Positions 7,718-16,624 are shown, counted from the first letter of the stretch. The stretch is DNA of 20,000 bases from an uncultured virus (IMG/VR IMGVR_UViG_3300031884_000010) (IMGVR_UViG_3300031884_000010), one strand, 5' to 3'. A program made the numbers and translations. Notes: generated by a model from the sequence alone, not told the origin.

Positions 7718-7940
7718 TGTGGACCCCAAAGCGAGGCATCCACTCGGGCCAGTCCCGGGGCTTGGGGGGAACAATCCGGGTGATCTCGGCCCGAAGCTCG
7801 GCGTCCTGCACGTGGTTCCTGGCCAGGTCCAAGAGGGAAAGCAGCCGCATGGGTGAGGGCATCACCCAGAAGCAGTGGGTGCAGAGATACGCCTCCGGGA
7901 TGAGGAGGTAATGGCAGCGGGGGCAAGGGACCTCGTTCAT
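7710..7940 (-). CDS. Zn-ribbon protein (76 aa)
   Basis: CPRC-x9-CTHC at the N-terminus; coupled to neighbours. Confidence 0.7.
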   Translation of the reverse strand: MNEVPCPRCHYLLIPEAYLCTHCFWVMPSPMRLLSLLDLARNHVQDAELRAEITRIVPPKPRDWPEWMPRFGVHNG

Positions 7941-8152
7941 CCGGTCTCCCCCAGAGGGAGCGGGACCTGCCCGGTGTAGGCAGCGAGGTCCCGCTCGTAG
8001 GCGTCCAGGGCGGCCTGGTCGTTCTCGCTGAACAGCGCCAGGACGTGGATGGAAAGATGGGTGCGGCCCTCCTGCCGGGCCACCCGCTGCAGATCCTTCA
8101 TCACCTGCATGCGCTTGGCCAGGAGCGCCGCGGACTCACGGAAGTCAGGCAT
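7937..8152 (-). CDS. Hypothetical protein (71 aa)
   Basis: ATG 8152 after GGAGG; MPDFRESAALLAKRM... Confidence 0.68.
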   Translation of the reverse strand: MPDFRESAALLAKRMQVMKDLQRVARQEGRTHLSIHVLALFSENDQAALDAYERDLAAYTGQVPLPLGETG

Positions 8153-9149
8153 GGGCCACCTCCGGGAAGGCGCTGTGCACCACTTCATCCAAGAGACGGC
8201 CGGAGCGGGCCTTGCCGAAGCGCAGGGGGCGCTCGAGGTCGGGATTGCCAGCCGCATTCTCCTGGGCGTCCCAGGAGACGAATGCCTCGGGGGGAAGCTG
8301 ATCGGGGCAGCAGAACTCGCCCCACTGCTTGAAGAAGAAGGGCACCCGTGCGGCCGCACATTGGTCGCGGAGGCCACGGGGATACTCAGGGAGCATGGGC
8401 CTGGCGTGGGGGCCGGACTCGCCGCCGCAGATTACCCAGTCGAGACGCCGATCATCGGGACATGACCCATGGCAGAACCCGCCGGGAAAGTCATGGGTAG
8501 GGCACCAGCCCTTGTGAAGGCCAAGGCCGGTCAGGTCCACGGGCCCAAGCAGTGGCTCACAGGACAGGAACCGAACGGCCGCGGGCACCTGCAGGAGCGC
8601 GGGGATCCGAAGGTCGGCCCGCTCCTGATCCTCCACAGAGGTCCCGAGCCAGACGTTGGCGGGGGGGAACCCAGAACCCCAGGCATGGAGCCAATCATGT
8701 AATTCACCCAAGGACTCGTCACCATCGGTAGCATTGATGGCCCGGGCCAGGAGTGGGAGCACATTCTCCGGCCGCTTGGTGAGAACCAGCCAGTCAAGGT
8801 GCGGGGTCTGCCGGATCACATCCAGCGCCTCGAGGCGTGCGACATCCAGGTCCCCCCGGTCCTCGAAGAAGTCGCCCATAGACTGGGTGAACACCCGAAA
8901 CCGGACGCCCTCCTTCACCGCACGGCGCTCATACTTCAGGGCCTCCCGGCGGCCAGCCTCGACACGGAGCATGCGCGGGGCATTGCCCCAGTGCCGAGCA
9001 CGGCCGGGGCGATCGGCACGGAGGGGGTGGAACCGGGCGTCCAGGGTCTCGGCGTAGCAATTCGCACATCCAGGGCTCACCTTCGAGCAACCGTGCCAAA
9101 AATTTACGGTGTGGTGGGTCCACTCGATTCTGGAGTTTTCGGCCATCAC
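8145..9149 (-). CDS. Phage Gp37/Gp68 (DUF5131) family protein
   Basis: SRIEWTHHTVNFWHGCSKVSPGCANCYA, SMGDFF, LTKRPE, NVWLGTSVE, RFLSCEPLL, DWVICGGESG, PFFFKQWG. Confidence 0.93.
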   Translation of the reverse strand: MMAENSRIEWTHHTVNFWHGCSKVSPGCANCYAETLDARFHPLRADRPGRARHWGNAPRMLRVEAGRREALKYERRAVKEGVRFRVFTQSMGDFFEDRGDLDVARLEALDVIRQTPHLDWLVLTKRPENVLPLLARAINATDGDESLGELHDWLHAWGSGFPPANVWLGTSVEDQERADLRIPALLQVPAAVRFLSCEPLLGPVDLTGLGLHKGWCPTHDFPGGFCHGSCPDDRRLDWVICGGESGPHARPMLPEYPRGLRDQCAAARVPFFFKQWGEFCCPDQLPPEAFVSWDAQENAAGNPDLERPLRFGKARSGRLLDEVVHSAFPEVAHA

Positions 9150-9685
9150 CGCCCCCTTTCCAGCAGCACCTGCATCCGGTCATACATCGCGGGATTCTTG
9201 GCCTCGAGCATCGCGGTCAACTCGTCCCAGTGCTCCACGAGCCCCTTCCAAGTGGGATAGGCCAAGGCCACTTCGCCCAGGCGAGAGCGCCATTCCGGCT
9301 GGACCCTGAGAAGGCGATGGCAGCGGTTGAAGTCGGCCGGATCCAAGGGAGCGGCCCCAAGGCGATCGGCAGCGAACCCCATTGGCCGGCGCCCCATGCA
9401 GACGGTGAAGATGGTCCCCGAGGAGGAGCCAACAAACAGGCCCCGCTCCCACTCCTCGGGAGTGGCCTCGAGACGAATGGACGGGCTTTCCGGCGTCTCC
9501 TTGCACTTCGCATGGGCCTTCTCAAAGGCGATCCCATGCGCCACAAAGCCAGCCCAGGCGGGGGAATTGATGGCGATCCCATGGCGCTGGTCGTCATGAA
9601 TCACGACGTCCCGCGCCCCGCAATGAAAACAGACGACCAACTTGTCATGCAGGCCGACATGGGCAACCCCCTGCCCCCTAGCCAT
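9146..9685 (-). CDS. Hypothetical phage protein with CxxC
   Basis: ATG 9685 after GAGG; CFHC, PLDPADFNRC; coupled to neighbours. Confidence 0.72.
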   Translation of the reverse strand: MARGQGVAHVGLHDKLVVCFHCGARDVVIHDDQRHGIAINSPAWAGFVAHGIAFEKAHAKCKETPESPSIRLEATPEEWERGLFVGSSSGTIFTVCMGRRPMGFAADRLGAAPLDPADFNRCHRLLRVQPEWRSRLGEVALAYPTWKGLVEHWDELTAMLEAKNPAMYDRMQVLLERGR

Positions 9686-10652
9686 TGGCCACCTCACCAG
9701 CGGGCTCCCTGACCCAGAGCGCCTTGAACTCCTCGGGGAAGTCCTCGTTCTCGGCGTGCTTGGCGAAATCCACCACCAGGCGGGACAACTCCTGCTCGAC
9801 GGTCATCACGAACTGGGCCCGGTCCCGCAGGCGGGCCTCAAGGGTTCCACCAAACCCAACCCCTTCAGGGAAAGAGAGGGCCACAATCTTCATGGAGGAC
9901 CGGCAGATGGTCAACTGGGTGGCGAAATCCTCGAGCACCAAGGAGAACCTGGCCCGGTCAACCCACTGGCCCTTCTCAATGGCGACCTTGAGGGCCGACT
10001 CGAGGTTGAACCGGCCCTTATGGGAGGAACCGTCGCCATCCACATCCCGGAAGGTCACCTCATGCTCGGGCCAGACGTTGGCCAGGCCAGACTCGTCCTC
10101 ATGGGTGCCAGACCAGCAGAGCCACTCCAGGAACCGATCGGGGGACTCACGATAGAGAGGGGTCAGGCCCAAGTGCTCCATGGCCCAGGAGCCGCCGCCA
10201 GTGGGACCGTCGATCAACACCAGGCCGGAATGCACGTTGGTCAGGAGGATGCCGTGGGAGGGCTGTGCCGGGGCAGCCATGGCAAGATCCAGGCGCACCT
10301 CGGCGCCGATCTCCTTCATGCGCTTGCGGTCGGGCTTGCCCCCGCAGACTTTGAGGTAATCATCGACGGCACGCGCCGTCTCGGCTTTTGCCAGCTGGGC
10401 CGGAGCCCGCTTGACGTCCCGACGCAGACCACAGGCGTAGAGATCCGGGTCTCCGTCGAGGTAGCCACGATCCACGGGGCCATCGAGAAGGGAGCGCCAG
10501 CTGCAGGTTCCGATGCGCTCCAGGGTCGCGGAGCCCTCCTGGATGGGAGAGAAAACCTTGTTGCCGAGGGTCTCATCGATGCCCGAGCGGAAATCCGCAG
10601 CGTCGGCCAGGAAGCGGGTGTAGGAAACAGACTTGCCTTGGAGAAAGGTCAT
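9678..10652 (-). CDS. RdgC-like recombination-associated protein
   Basis: MTFLQG.SVSYTRF...F.PI...IG...GLRRDVKRAPAQL...KEI..EV..DL...FLEWL resembles RdgC-family proteins as I recall them; 324 aa. Confidence 0.6.
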   Translation of the reverse strand: MTFLQGKSVSYTRFLADAADFRSGIDETLGNKVFSPIQEGSATLERIGTCSWRSLLDGPVDRGYLDGDPDLYACGLRRDVKRAPAQLAKAETARAVDDYLKVCGGKPDRKRMKEIGAEVRLDLAMAAPAQPSHGILLTNVHSGLVLIDGPTGGGSWAMEHLGLTPLYRESPDRFLEWLCWSGTHEDESGLANVWPEHEVTFRDVDGDGSSHKGRFNLESALKVAIEKGQWVDRARFSLVLEDFATQLTICRSSMKIVALSFPEGVGFGGTLEARLRDRAQFVMTVEQELSRLVVDFAKHAENEDFPEEFKALWVREPAGEVANG

Positions 10653-10663
10653 TTCCGGGAACC

Positions 10664-12040
10664 TTAGAGGTCCGACCCAGAGGGGTCGGAGGAGTAGGAA
10701 GGAGGGTTGGTCATGCGGGACATTTCGAGGAAGCGGTAGTGCTCGAGGTCGGCCGTGATGGGGATGATCCCCGTGGGCCCGTTGCGGTTCTTGGCGACGA
10801 TGAGTTCATAGGCCGCATCTGGAGCCCCGGCCTCGCCCCTCCGGTGAAGAAACAAGACAACGTCGGCATCCTGCTCGAGAGCGCCAGAATCGCGGAGGTC
10901 TGAAAGCTGAGGACGGCCCCCAGAACGGTGCTCCACCTCGCGGTTCAACTGGGAGAGCACCAGGGCAGGAACGTCGAGATCCTTGGCCATCAACTTGAAA
11001 CCACGGCTGATCTCACCCACACGAACAGACTCGTTCTGCTTGGCAGCCTGGGAGCCGCGAGGGCTCGAGAGCAACTGGAGGTAGTCGACCGCCACGAGCC
11101 CAAGCTTCCCGAACTTCACCGAGGCACGCTCTGACATGGAGCGGATCTCGGGGACGGTGATGGTGGCACGGTCACAGACAAGGAAAGGGAGCGCGGCGAG
11201 GGCCCCCTGGGCGTCACGAAGTCGCGCCCATTCGGAGGCATCCAAGGTGCCGGAGGAGATCTTGCCCCCAGACACACGGGACTCCGAGGCTGCGGCACGG
11301 ATCCAGACCTCGTCGCCGGCCATTTCCAGGCCGAACAGGGCCGCGGTGGCGGAATGCTCTGAGATCCGGCGCAGCCACTGGGCAAGGAGGGTGGACTTCC
11401 CGACACTGGGCCGGGCAGCCAGGATGACCATCTGCTGAGGCTTGAACCCACCACCGAGCATCCAGTCCAGGCGGGAGAACCCGGTAGGGGTGCCAGGGGT
11501 CTGGCGTCCCTCGGCAACGTCCAAGGCGTGCCGCATGGCGGTTTCCCCAAATTCCCCGAGACGCATAAGGCCCTTGGAGCCAGTGGGCTGGGCCATGGTG
11601 AGGAGCGAAGCGCTGAAGGATTCCACCAGCCCAGAGGATTCCTGACCCTCCACAGCCATGCGGACGAGGCCAGCGCCCATGTGAACAAGCTTCCGCAGGC
11701 GTGACTTTTCCAAGATCACATTGGCAAGCACATGGGGACGCTCCACATCCTCGCCGGCCAGCAATTCCACCAGTCCGGGATAGCCTCCCACACGGCCAAG
11801 GGCGTCAGCAGCTTCCAACTCGACCTTGAGGGTCAGGCTGTTCACCTCCTCGTTGCGGGCAATGAGGGCCACCAAGGCAGAGAACACGGCCTTGTGGGAT
11901 GGGTGAACGAAATCATCAGCCGAGAGCCCCACCACAGCCTCGGAGGCGACATAGCCCGCCCCTGGGGCGCAGCAGGTGGCGAGAAACGACCTCTCGCAAT
12001 CGATATCCTCGGGCAGACGCTCGGGGAGCCAATCAGACAT
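10664..12040 (-). CDS. dnaB: Replicative DNA helicase DnaB
   Basis: LAARPSVGKS (Walker A), LEM, VDYLQL, LSQLNR, DLRDSGALEQDAD, AKNRNGPTG; ATG 12040 after GGAGG. Confidence 0.97.
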   Translation of the reverse strand: MSDWLPERLPEDIDCERSFLATCCAPGAGYVASEAVVGLSADDFVHPSHKAVFSALVALIARNEEVNSLTLKVELEAADALGRVGGYPGLVELLAGEDVERPHVLANVILEKSRLRKLVHMGAGLVRMAVEGQESSGLVESFSASLLTMAQPTGSKGLMRLGEFGETAMRHALDVAEGRQTPGTPTGFSRLDWMLGGGFKPQQMVILAARPSVGKSTLLAQWLRRISEHSATAALFGLEMAGDEVWIRAAASESRVSGGKISSGTLDASEWARLRDAQGALAALPFLVCDRATITVPEIRSMSERASVKFGKLGLVAVDYLQLLSSPRGSQAAKQNESVRVGEISRGFKLMAKDLDVPALVLSQLNREVEHRSGGRPQLSDLRDSGALEQDADVVLFLHRRGEAGAPDAAYELIVAKNRNGPTGIIPITADLEHYRFLEMSRMTNPPSYSSDPSGSDL

Positions 12041-12989
12041 GGGACGCCTCCGGGGCGTGGGCGGGCCGCGACGGGCCGGATTGGGGGGCAGGCGCCGCGG
12101 GAGAAGGGGGAGGGGCACCAACCCCGACCTTCACGGAAGCCAGAGAGGCCAGCCAGGCATTCGCGGCGTTCTGCCACGGGTTCGACTTGGGCCCATCGAT
12201 GGAACTGAAGAAATTCTCGATACCCGGAACATTCAGGTGCTCCGACTTGGCAATGGCGTGACGCTTGCGGGCCGCCACGAAGAACAGCGTGAGGTCGGTC
12301 AGATCCTTTGCCGTGAGCCGATCGCCCCAGGGGGTGCGAATCCGGTTGTGCTCCAGGATCTCCATGTAGCGCTTGGCGGTTCCCTCCTGGTTCCGGCGAC
12401 GGGGAGCCATGGTCTTCGTCTCGAAGTTCCACGCCTCGGTGGGATACCCCTCCCATGCACGAAGGAACTCCCCGCGGACTTCTTCCGGCATGGACGACAT
12501 GACCAGACCAAAGGATCGTCCCCGAGGGGCCTTTGACCGGGGAGACGGAGCAGACGCCGCGTCGCCGCAAGGCGACGAAGTAGTTGTTCCCTTCCCTTCC
12601 CTTCCCTTCCCTTCCAGAGACGAGGGCTCGTCGAGGGCTCGTCGAGGAATCGACGAATCAAAGTAAATGCTGATTTTACTGGGCGTAGGACGGTCGATCT
12701 TCTGATGCTTCCTGAAATTGAGGATCAGCCCGATGGGGCCATGGGAGGGGTGTTCAGAGAGGGCAATCCACTCGGCAATCGAGAGGGCTTCGAGGGCTCG
12801 TCGAGTGATCGTCGAATCCTCGTCGAATGGTCGTGCGAAATTGCGGACCAAAATGGGATCGGCCAGGAAATAGCCCTCGTCATCCGCGAGATTCAACAGG
12901 GCAAGAGCCATGGTCTTGACATAGTCGTCGAGACGCCCAATCACAGGATGGGACCAGAACTCTGGCTTGGTAGAACGGATCCGGGCCAC
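12033..12989 (-). CDS. Phage replication initiator protein
   Basis: MARIRSTKPEFW...ADDEG...NFRKHQKID N-terminus, GKGREGKG linker, internal iterons, directly upstream of dnaB. Confidence 0.85.
   Translation of the reverse strand: MARIRSTKPEFWSHPVIGRLDDYVKTMALALLNLADDEGYFLADPILVRNFARPFDEDSTITRRALEALSIAEWIALSEHPSHGPIGLILNFRKHQKIDRPTPSKISIYFDSSIPRRALDEPSSLEGKGREGKGTTTSSPCGDAASAPSPRSKAPRGRSFGLVMSSMPEEVRGEFLRAWEGYPTEAWNFETKTMAPRRRNQEGTAKRYMEILEHNRIRTPWGDRLTAKDLTDLTLFFVAARKRHAIAKSEHLNVPGIENFFSSIDGPKSNPWQNAANAWLASLASVKVGVGAPPPSPAAPAPQSGPSRPAHAPEASHV
12587..12615. repeat. (CTTCC)n pentamer tract next to the iterons
   Basis: ttcccttcccttcccttcccttcccttcc; encodes GKGREGKG. Confidence 0.85.
12620..12833. 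repeat. Putative replication origin: two clusters of 11-bp iterons (TCGAnnnnTCG) flanking an AT-rich patch
   Basis: acgagggctcg/tcgagggctcg/tcgaggaatcg at 12620-12652 and tcgagggctcg/tcgagtgatcg/tcgaatcctcg/tcgaatggtcg at 12790-12833; AT-rich 12656-12680. Confidence 0.75.
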
Positions 12990-13141
12990 TAGCGCCCCCC
13001 GGTCGGGCGATACCCGCGGCGACCAGCCTGCTTCCAGGCTTCACGGTTCCATGCGGGTCGATTCGGATCCTCCTCGGGCTGAACAGGTGAAATGGGCGAA
13101 GGGAAAAACAAGTTCTTCAGGCGAAGGAGGAGGGCGTGCAT
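12989..13141 (-). CDS. Small hypothetical protein (50 aa), below the ORF-track cutoff
   Basis: MHALLLRLKNLFFPSPISPVQPEEDPNRPAWNREAWKQAGRRGYRPTGGR; TGATG overlap at start and TAGTG overlap at end fill the gap exactly. Confidence 0.68.
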   Translation of the reverse strand: MHALLLRLKNLFFPSPISPVQPEEDPNRPAWNREAWKQAGRRGYRPTGGR

Positions 13142-13389
13142 CAAACGGCCTTCCTTCCCGGCCGCTGGCGCAGCCGAAGGTTCTTGGTGTTCTCCTGGGA
13201 CATACGGACGAAGGCCGAGAGTTCAGACTCGAGCCAGTAGCGGCGATCGGTCACAGGATCACGATGGAAAGGGAGGCCCTTCTCACAAGCGCGGGTGACG
13301 TATGAGTCGCCCACCATGGATCCGGGCTCCATGCGCTTGAGGTTGGCGAACCAACGGCGCACATCGGCAAGGTTCATCCAGGGTTCCAT
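13141..13389 (-). CDS. Excisionase-like / small wHTH protein (82 aa)
   Basis: WMNLADVRRWF...KGLPFHRDPVTDRRYWLESELSAFV plus a basic tail fits the Xis/AlpA-type pattern. Confidence 0.55.
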   Translation of the reverse strand: MEPWMNLADVRRWFANLKRMEPGSMVGDSYVTRACEKGLPFHRDPVTDRRYWLESELSAFVRMSQENTKNLRLRQRPGRKAV

Positions 13390-13790
13390 CAGGCCCCCTT
13401 CACGAGAGAAAGCACTTCCCGAAGGAGCGCGGTGTTGTGCTCCAGACGCTGCTCCAGGAGGGCCTGCTGCTGGGTAGCAAGCGAAACGCCCTCCTCGATG
13501 TGCACCAGGCGGGCGGAGACGTCCGCAAGTGGGCTGGAAGGGGTTAGGCCGGCGAGGCGCATAGGGGTGGCGCCCTGGGAATCTGGGGCCACATAGACGC
13601 CCCGCTCCACCCGGGAAAGGGAGCCACAGGAGACGGACTGGCGGAGGAAGGTTTGGAGGGTGGAGAACCCGAACCGCGGGCACTTGGCCCGGCAGAGGGT
13701 CAGGATGCGATCGACGGGATACTGGTGGCCAGGGACAAGCTCCCTGACCACCAATTCGAACCCGGCAAGCTGGCGCGTGTTGCGGGACAT
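13389..13790 (-). CDS. wHTH plus coiled-coil protein
   Basis: STLQTFLRQSVSCGSLSRVERGVY wing motif; heptad-like C-terminus. Confidence 0.65.
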   Translation of the reverse strand: MSRNTRQLAGFELVVRELVPGHQYPVDRILTLCRAKCPRFGFSTLQTFLRQSVSCGSLSRVERGVYVAPDSQGATPMRLAGLTPSSPLADVSARLVHIEEGVSLATQQQALLEQRLEHNTALLREVLSLVKGA

Positions 13791-13793
13791 GGA

Positions 13794-15026
13794 TTACCTC
13801 TCCTCGGGCCAGCCGGTGTCATCGAAACCATCAGAGGGGCCAGATGCTGAGGGGGCCGGGGCATCGTTGGTAGGGGCGCCCGGGAGGGGCCCGGAAGGAG
13901 CGGCAACCCAGTCGGCGTGAGCCTCGAAGGCGGCCCGGATCCGGACATCGTCCTTCGAGAACATGTTGTCGATCCAGGTGCGGGCGAACGCCTTCTCGCC
14001 GAAGGAGACGACGGAGAGCACACGCCGGGCGGCATTGTGGTCGAGGCCCAGGCGGTCAGCGTGGCCCTTGGCGGTCCCAATCTGCTTCTCAGAGAGGGCC
14101 GTCCCATAGGTGTAGTCGACGTTCTCCTCGTGGGAGGGGGCGGTGGCGCCCGTCCGGCCCACGGACTCAGGGTCGGGGTGGACGGCAGCAGGAGCCGCCC
14201 CACCAGCGGCGTGCGGGAGAACCTCGCCCTCAACCGTGGCGTGGGGGATCAAGTCGTGGGTGAGGAACTCGCCCGACTCAGCTGCGGCCTGGAGGTCCAG
14301 AGCCTTGGCCAACGCGGGGGTCTTGGGGAGGCGCTTGCAGAGCCTGCGAAGGGCTGTCTTGCGACCCATTTCGGAGTAGTCCGTGGTCCAGGGCGAGGCA
14401 CTGGTGTTCTTCTTCTTCTCGAGGGCCCGGTCCTTGATTTTATCCACGGCGGGCCGGCCCATGACCTCAAACTGAGAGGAGCCATCACGGAAGAATGCGA
14501 TGGCGTAGAAGGCCACGATATCGGCATCCGAACGATCCGAGCCGAGCATGGCAAGGTCGGGCTTGTGGCGGAGATAGGGCTCGTCCCCCAGCTGGTAGTC
14601 GAAGGCGTCGCCCTTGAACACGGGATCACAGGTGACACGGGCCACTTCCCCGCCCATCTTCACCAACTTGACGAGGCCCTGATACCCAGGGATGCCCTGC
14701 GCCTCGTAGCACTTGAGGTCATTGTTGTAGTAGGGGACAGCGTGGAACTCCTGCAGCCCACCGGCAACTTCGAGGCCCAACTCCGCGCCCTGCTGGAGCG
14801 TGCGGAGCATGGAGAGCGGGGTGCACTTGGCGAGGGTGGGGTTGCGCGAGGCAGCGCTGCAGATGATCGAAACCACCCGGTTGGGATCGATGGAGGAGGC
14901 GACCTTTTTCAGAACGCTGGCATTGGCCTCCAGGAACCGGCGGAGGTCCGCGGGCGTGGCAGGCTGCCTGTTGGGATCGATCTTTGCCACGCCATTGGCG
15001 GGGGGAGCGGGGGTGGCGGTGGTCAT
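13794..15026 (-). CDS. recT: RecT-family single-strand annealing recombinase
   Basis: NPTLAKCTPLS...AELGLE...VPY...GYQGLVKL...V.KGD.F.Y.LG...HKP...PWTTDYSEMGRKTALRRLCKRLP. Confidence 0.93.
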   Translation of the reverse strand: MTTATPAPPANGVAKIDPNRQPATPADLRRFLEANASVLKKVASSIDPNRVVSIICSAASRNPTLAKCTPLSMLRTLQQGAELGLEVAGGLQEFHAVPYYNNDLKCYEAQGIPGYQGLVKLVKMGGEVARVTCDPVFKGDAFDYQLGDEPYLRHKPDLAMLGSDRSDADIVAFYAIAFFRDGSSQFEVMGRPAVDKIKDRALEKKKNTSASPWTTDYSEMGRKTALRRLCKRLPKTPALAKALDLQAAAESGEFLTHDLIPHATVEGEVLPHAAGGAAPAAVHPDPESVGRTGATAPSHEENVDYTYGTALSEKQIGTAKGHADRLGLDHNAARRVLSVVSFGEKAFARTWIDNMFSKDDVRIRAAFEAHADWVAAPSGPLPGAPTNDAPAPSASGPSDGFDDTGWPEER

Positions 15027-16156
15027 CGTGCCTCCTTGCAGGTCATGACGAAAAAGGGGTCGCCCCGGGAGATGACCTTCGCGGCCACATCGGGGAATTG
15101 GGACTTGAGAACCTTGGTGTCGCAGGATTCACGGCCCTGGCGCTCTGAGAGGGTAAGAGGACGGCCAGACGGGAGGAGGGCCTTGGAGATACCGATGGCA
15201 GCTAGACGCTCCTTCAAGTTTTCCTTGACCGTCTCATAGCGCTCGGCGTCGGGCTTCAAGGCCAGATACTCGTCGGCCAGGGCCTCGATATCAGGGATCT
15301 CGTCGGGAGGGATGAAGGTGGCAGAGCCGGCGGAAGCACGAGCGGTGACCATGGCGGGGCAGGAGTCGGCGATGATACAAGAGGAGCAGTAACCGCGCTC
15401 CGTCTCAGCAGGGGGAAGCCCTTCATCCTCGGTCATGAGGCCCTGGCGAATCCCCTCCACGGCCGCCATCACGCGATGAGCGCGGCCCTTGGCCTCGTCG
15501 AATTCGGCCTGGTTGAATGAGAGGAAAAACACCTCAAAGTCGGCCAGGTTCTCGCGGGAGACAACGAATGCGAGGCCCCAGTTGAAGGTCTGGGCACCCA
15601 TCTGAATCTGGGTCTGAGCCATGTAGGGGAGGCTAAGGCCCTCCTTCCGGAAGCGGCGCAGCTGGTGCGATGAGGCGGTCTTGACCTCGAGGGTGCCATC
15701 CCCGGTGGGGATCTCCTCGAGGTAGACCCGAGCGCCGGAGGCCAGGAGCACGGCCACCTTGGACCAGCGGAGATGATCGAGGGCGGTGGAGAGAATGCGA
15801 CCGTCGGGATGGACACGAATGGGGGCATCCTCCAGCTCAATCTCGGTTTGGTTGGCCCCGGTCTCGCGGACGTGGCCCTGAAGGGCGAGGCGCACCATCT
15901 GCACAGCCTCGTTCTCCAGCACCTGCCCGGCCCTCATGCGGCCAGCCGCCTCGGGTTCGAACACATTGGCTTCGGGGTGGAGCTTCCGGTAGGCCGTGAG
16001 ACGCATGCAGGACCCAGCCTCGGAGGCGCCGACGTATTTGTCGCGGTCGGGGAAAGACTTGGCGCCGGTGTGGCGCTGGATGAGCGCGGCATGCAGCGCC
16101 TCCACAGAGAGTAGGGAGGCAGCACCAGGATGGCCGCCAACGGTTGCGTCATACAT
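15023..16156 (-). CDS. Cas4-like PD-(D/E)xK exonuclease (RecE/Exo analogue)
   Basis: GASEAGSCMR, HPDG, LEVKT, QTQIQM and CSSCIIADSC (1+3 Cys, Fe-S-type arrangement); ATG 16156. Confidence 0.82.
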   Translation of the reverse strand: MYDATVGGHPGAASLLSVEALHAALIQRHTGAKSFPDRDKYVGASEAGSCMRLTAYRKLHPEANVFEPEAAGRMRAGQVLENEAVQMVRLALQGHVRETGANQTEIELEDAPIRVHPDGRILSTALDHLRWSKVAVLLASGARVYLEEIPTGDGTLEVKTASSHQLRRFRKEGLSLPYMAQTQIQMGAQTFNWGLAFVVSRENLADFEVFFLSFNQAEFDEAKGRAHRVMAAVEGIRQGLMTEDEGLPPAETERGYCSSCIIADSCPAMVTARASAGSATFIPPDEIPDIEALADEYLALKPDAERYETVKENLKERLAAIGISKALLPSGRPLTLSERQGRESCDTKVLKSQFPDVAAKVISRGDPFFVMTCKEAR

Positions 16157-16391
16157 GGGCAACCCCTTCAAGAGAGCGCCGGCGGCCCACCAGGGCCTCC
16201 ATGTGGGCGCAGGTGGAGCAGGAAGCAGCCTTGGCGGCCTGCAGGACGGTGACACCAGGCGCGAAGGGCTTGGGCACCGGAACGGAATGTCCGCAGCGGT
16301 GCTCCCAGCACAGGCGGCCATGGTGATAGGACAGGCGGGGGAGCGTGAGTCGGGGCAGACTCGCGCCACCGCGGGCGGAAAGGCTGGCCAA
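16149..16391 (-). CDS. Small Cys/His-rich protein (80 aa), first gene after the C4-like RNA
   Basis: TTG 16391 after AGGAGG; CWEHRCGH...CSTC. Confidence 0.65.
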   Translation of the reverse strand: MASLSARGGASLPRLTLPRLSYHHGRLCWEHRCGHSVPVPKPFAPGVTVLQAAKAASCSTCAHMEALVGRRRSLEGVAHV

Positions 16392-16400
16392 GGTGGCCTC

Positions 16401-16425
16401 CTGATGGACGGGCTTTCTAGACCCG
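16401..16425 (-). promoter_or_regulatory. Downstream antisense target overlapping the RBS (a2/seqC-like)
   Basis: CGGGTCTAGAAAGCCCGTCCATCAG runs into AGGAGG of the 16391 gene. Confidence 0.65.
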
Positions 16426-16443
16426 GTGATCCCCTCAATGGGA

Positions 16444-16545
16444 GGGTGCCAGGGGCTAGAAAGCCTCATCAGATGGCCGAGCTTATTGACTGGACCGCCG
16501 TGCGTGAGCACCGTCCTGGCGTATTCGCTGCACCCCTGGCCCCCA
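16444..16545 (-). ncRNA. C4/CI-like antisense RNA
   Basis: Closing stem GCCAGGGG (16540-16533) with CCCCTGGC (16455-16448); internal hairpin GTGC-TCAC-GCAC; segment CTGATGAGGCTTTCTAG is complementary to flanking sites at 16585-16605 and 16401-16425. Confidence 0.68.
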
Positions 16546-16584
16546 CAGTATGGGTTCACAGATAGAGAAGCGCTACCAGAACGA

Positions 16585-16605
16585 GATGAGGGCTTTCTAG
16601 ACCCG
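16585..16605 (-). promoter_or_regulatory. Upstream antisense target (a1/seqA-like)
   Basis: CGGGTCTAGAAAGCCCTCATC; exact 16-nt repeat shared with 16410-16425. Confidence 0.65.
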
Positions 16606-16624
16606 AATTGAAGCTTGCCGAGAT

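Noticed and set aside
9642..10667. 341-aa plus-strand ORF
   Set aside because: Antisense shadow of the RdgC-like gene.
10664..12040. Intein or intron in dnaB
   Set aside because: Length (458 aa) and motif spacing are normal.
12587..12615. Phase-variable simple repeat
   Set aside because: It encodes the GKGREGKG linker common in this initiator family, and the frame is intact.
13917..15239. 440-aa plus-strand ORF
   Set aside because: Antisense shadow of recT.
15023..16610. CRISPR-Cas locus or mini-array (Cas4-like gene plus 16-nt direct repeats)
   Set aside because: No other cas genes. Only two direct copies, 180 bp apart, with an inverted copy between them, which fits antisense regulation better.
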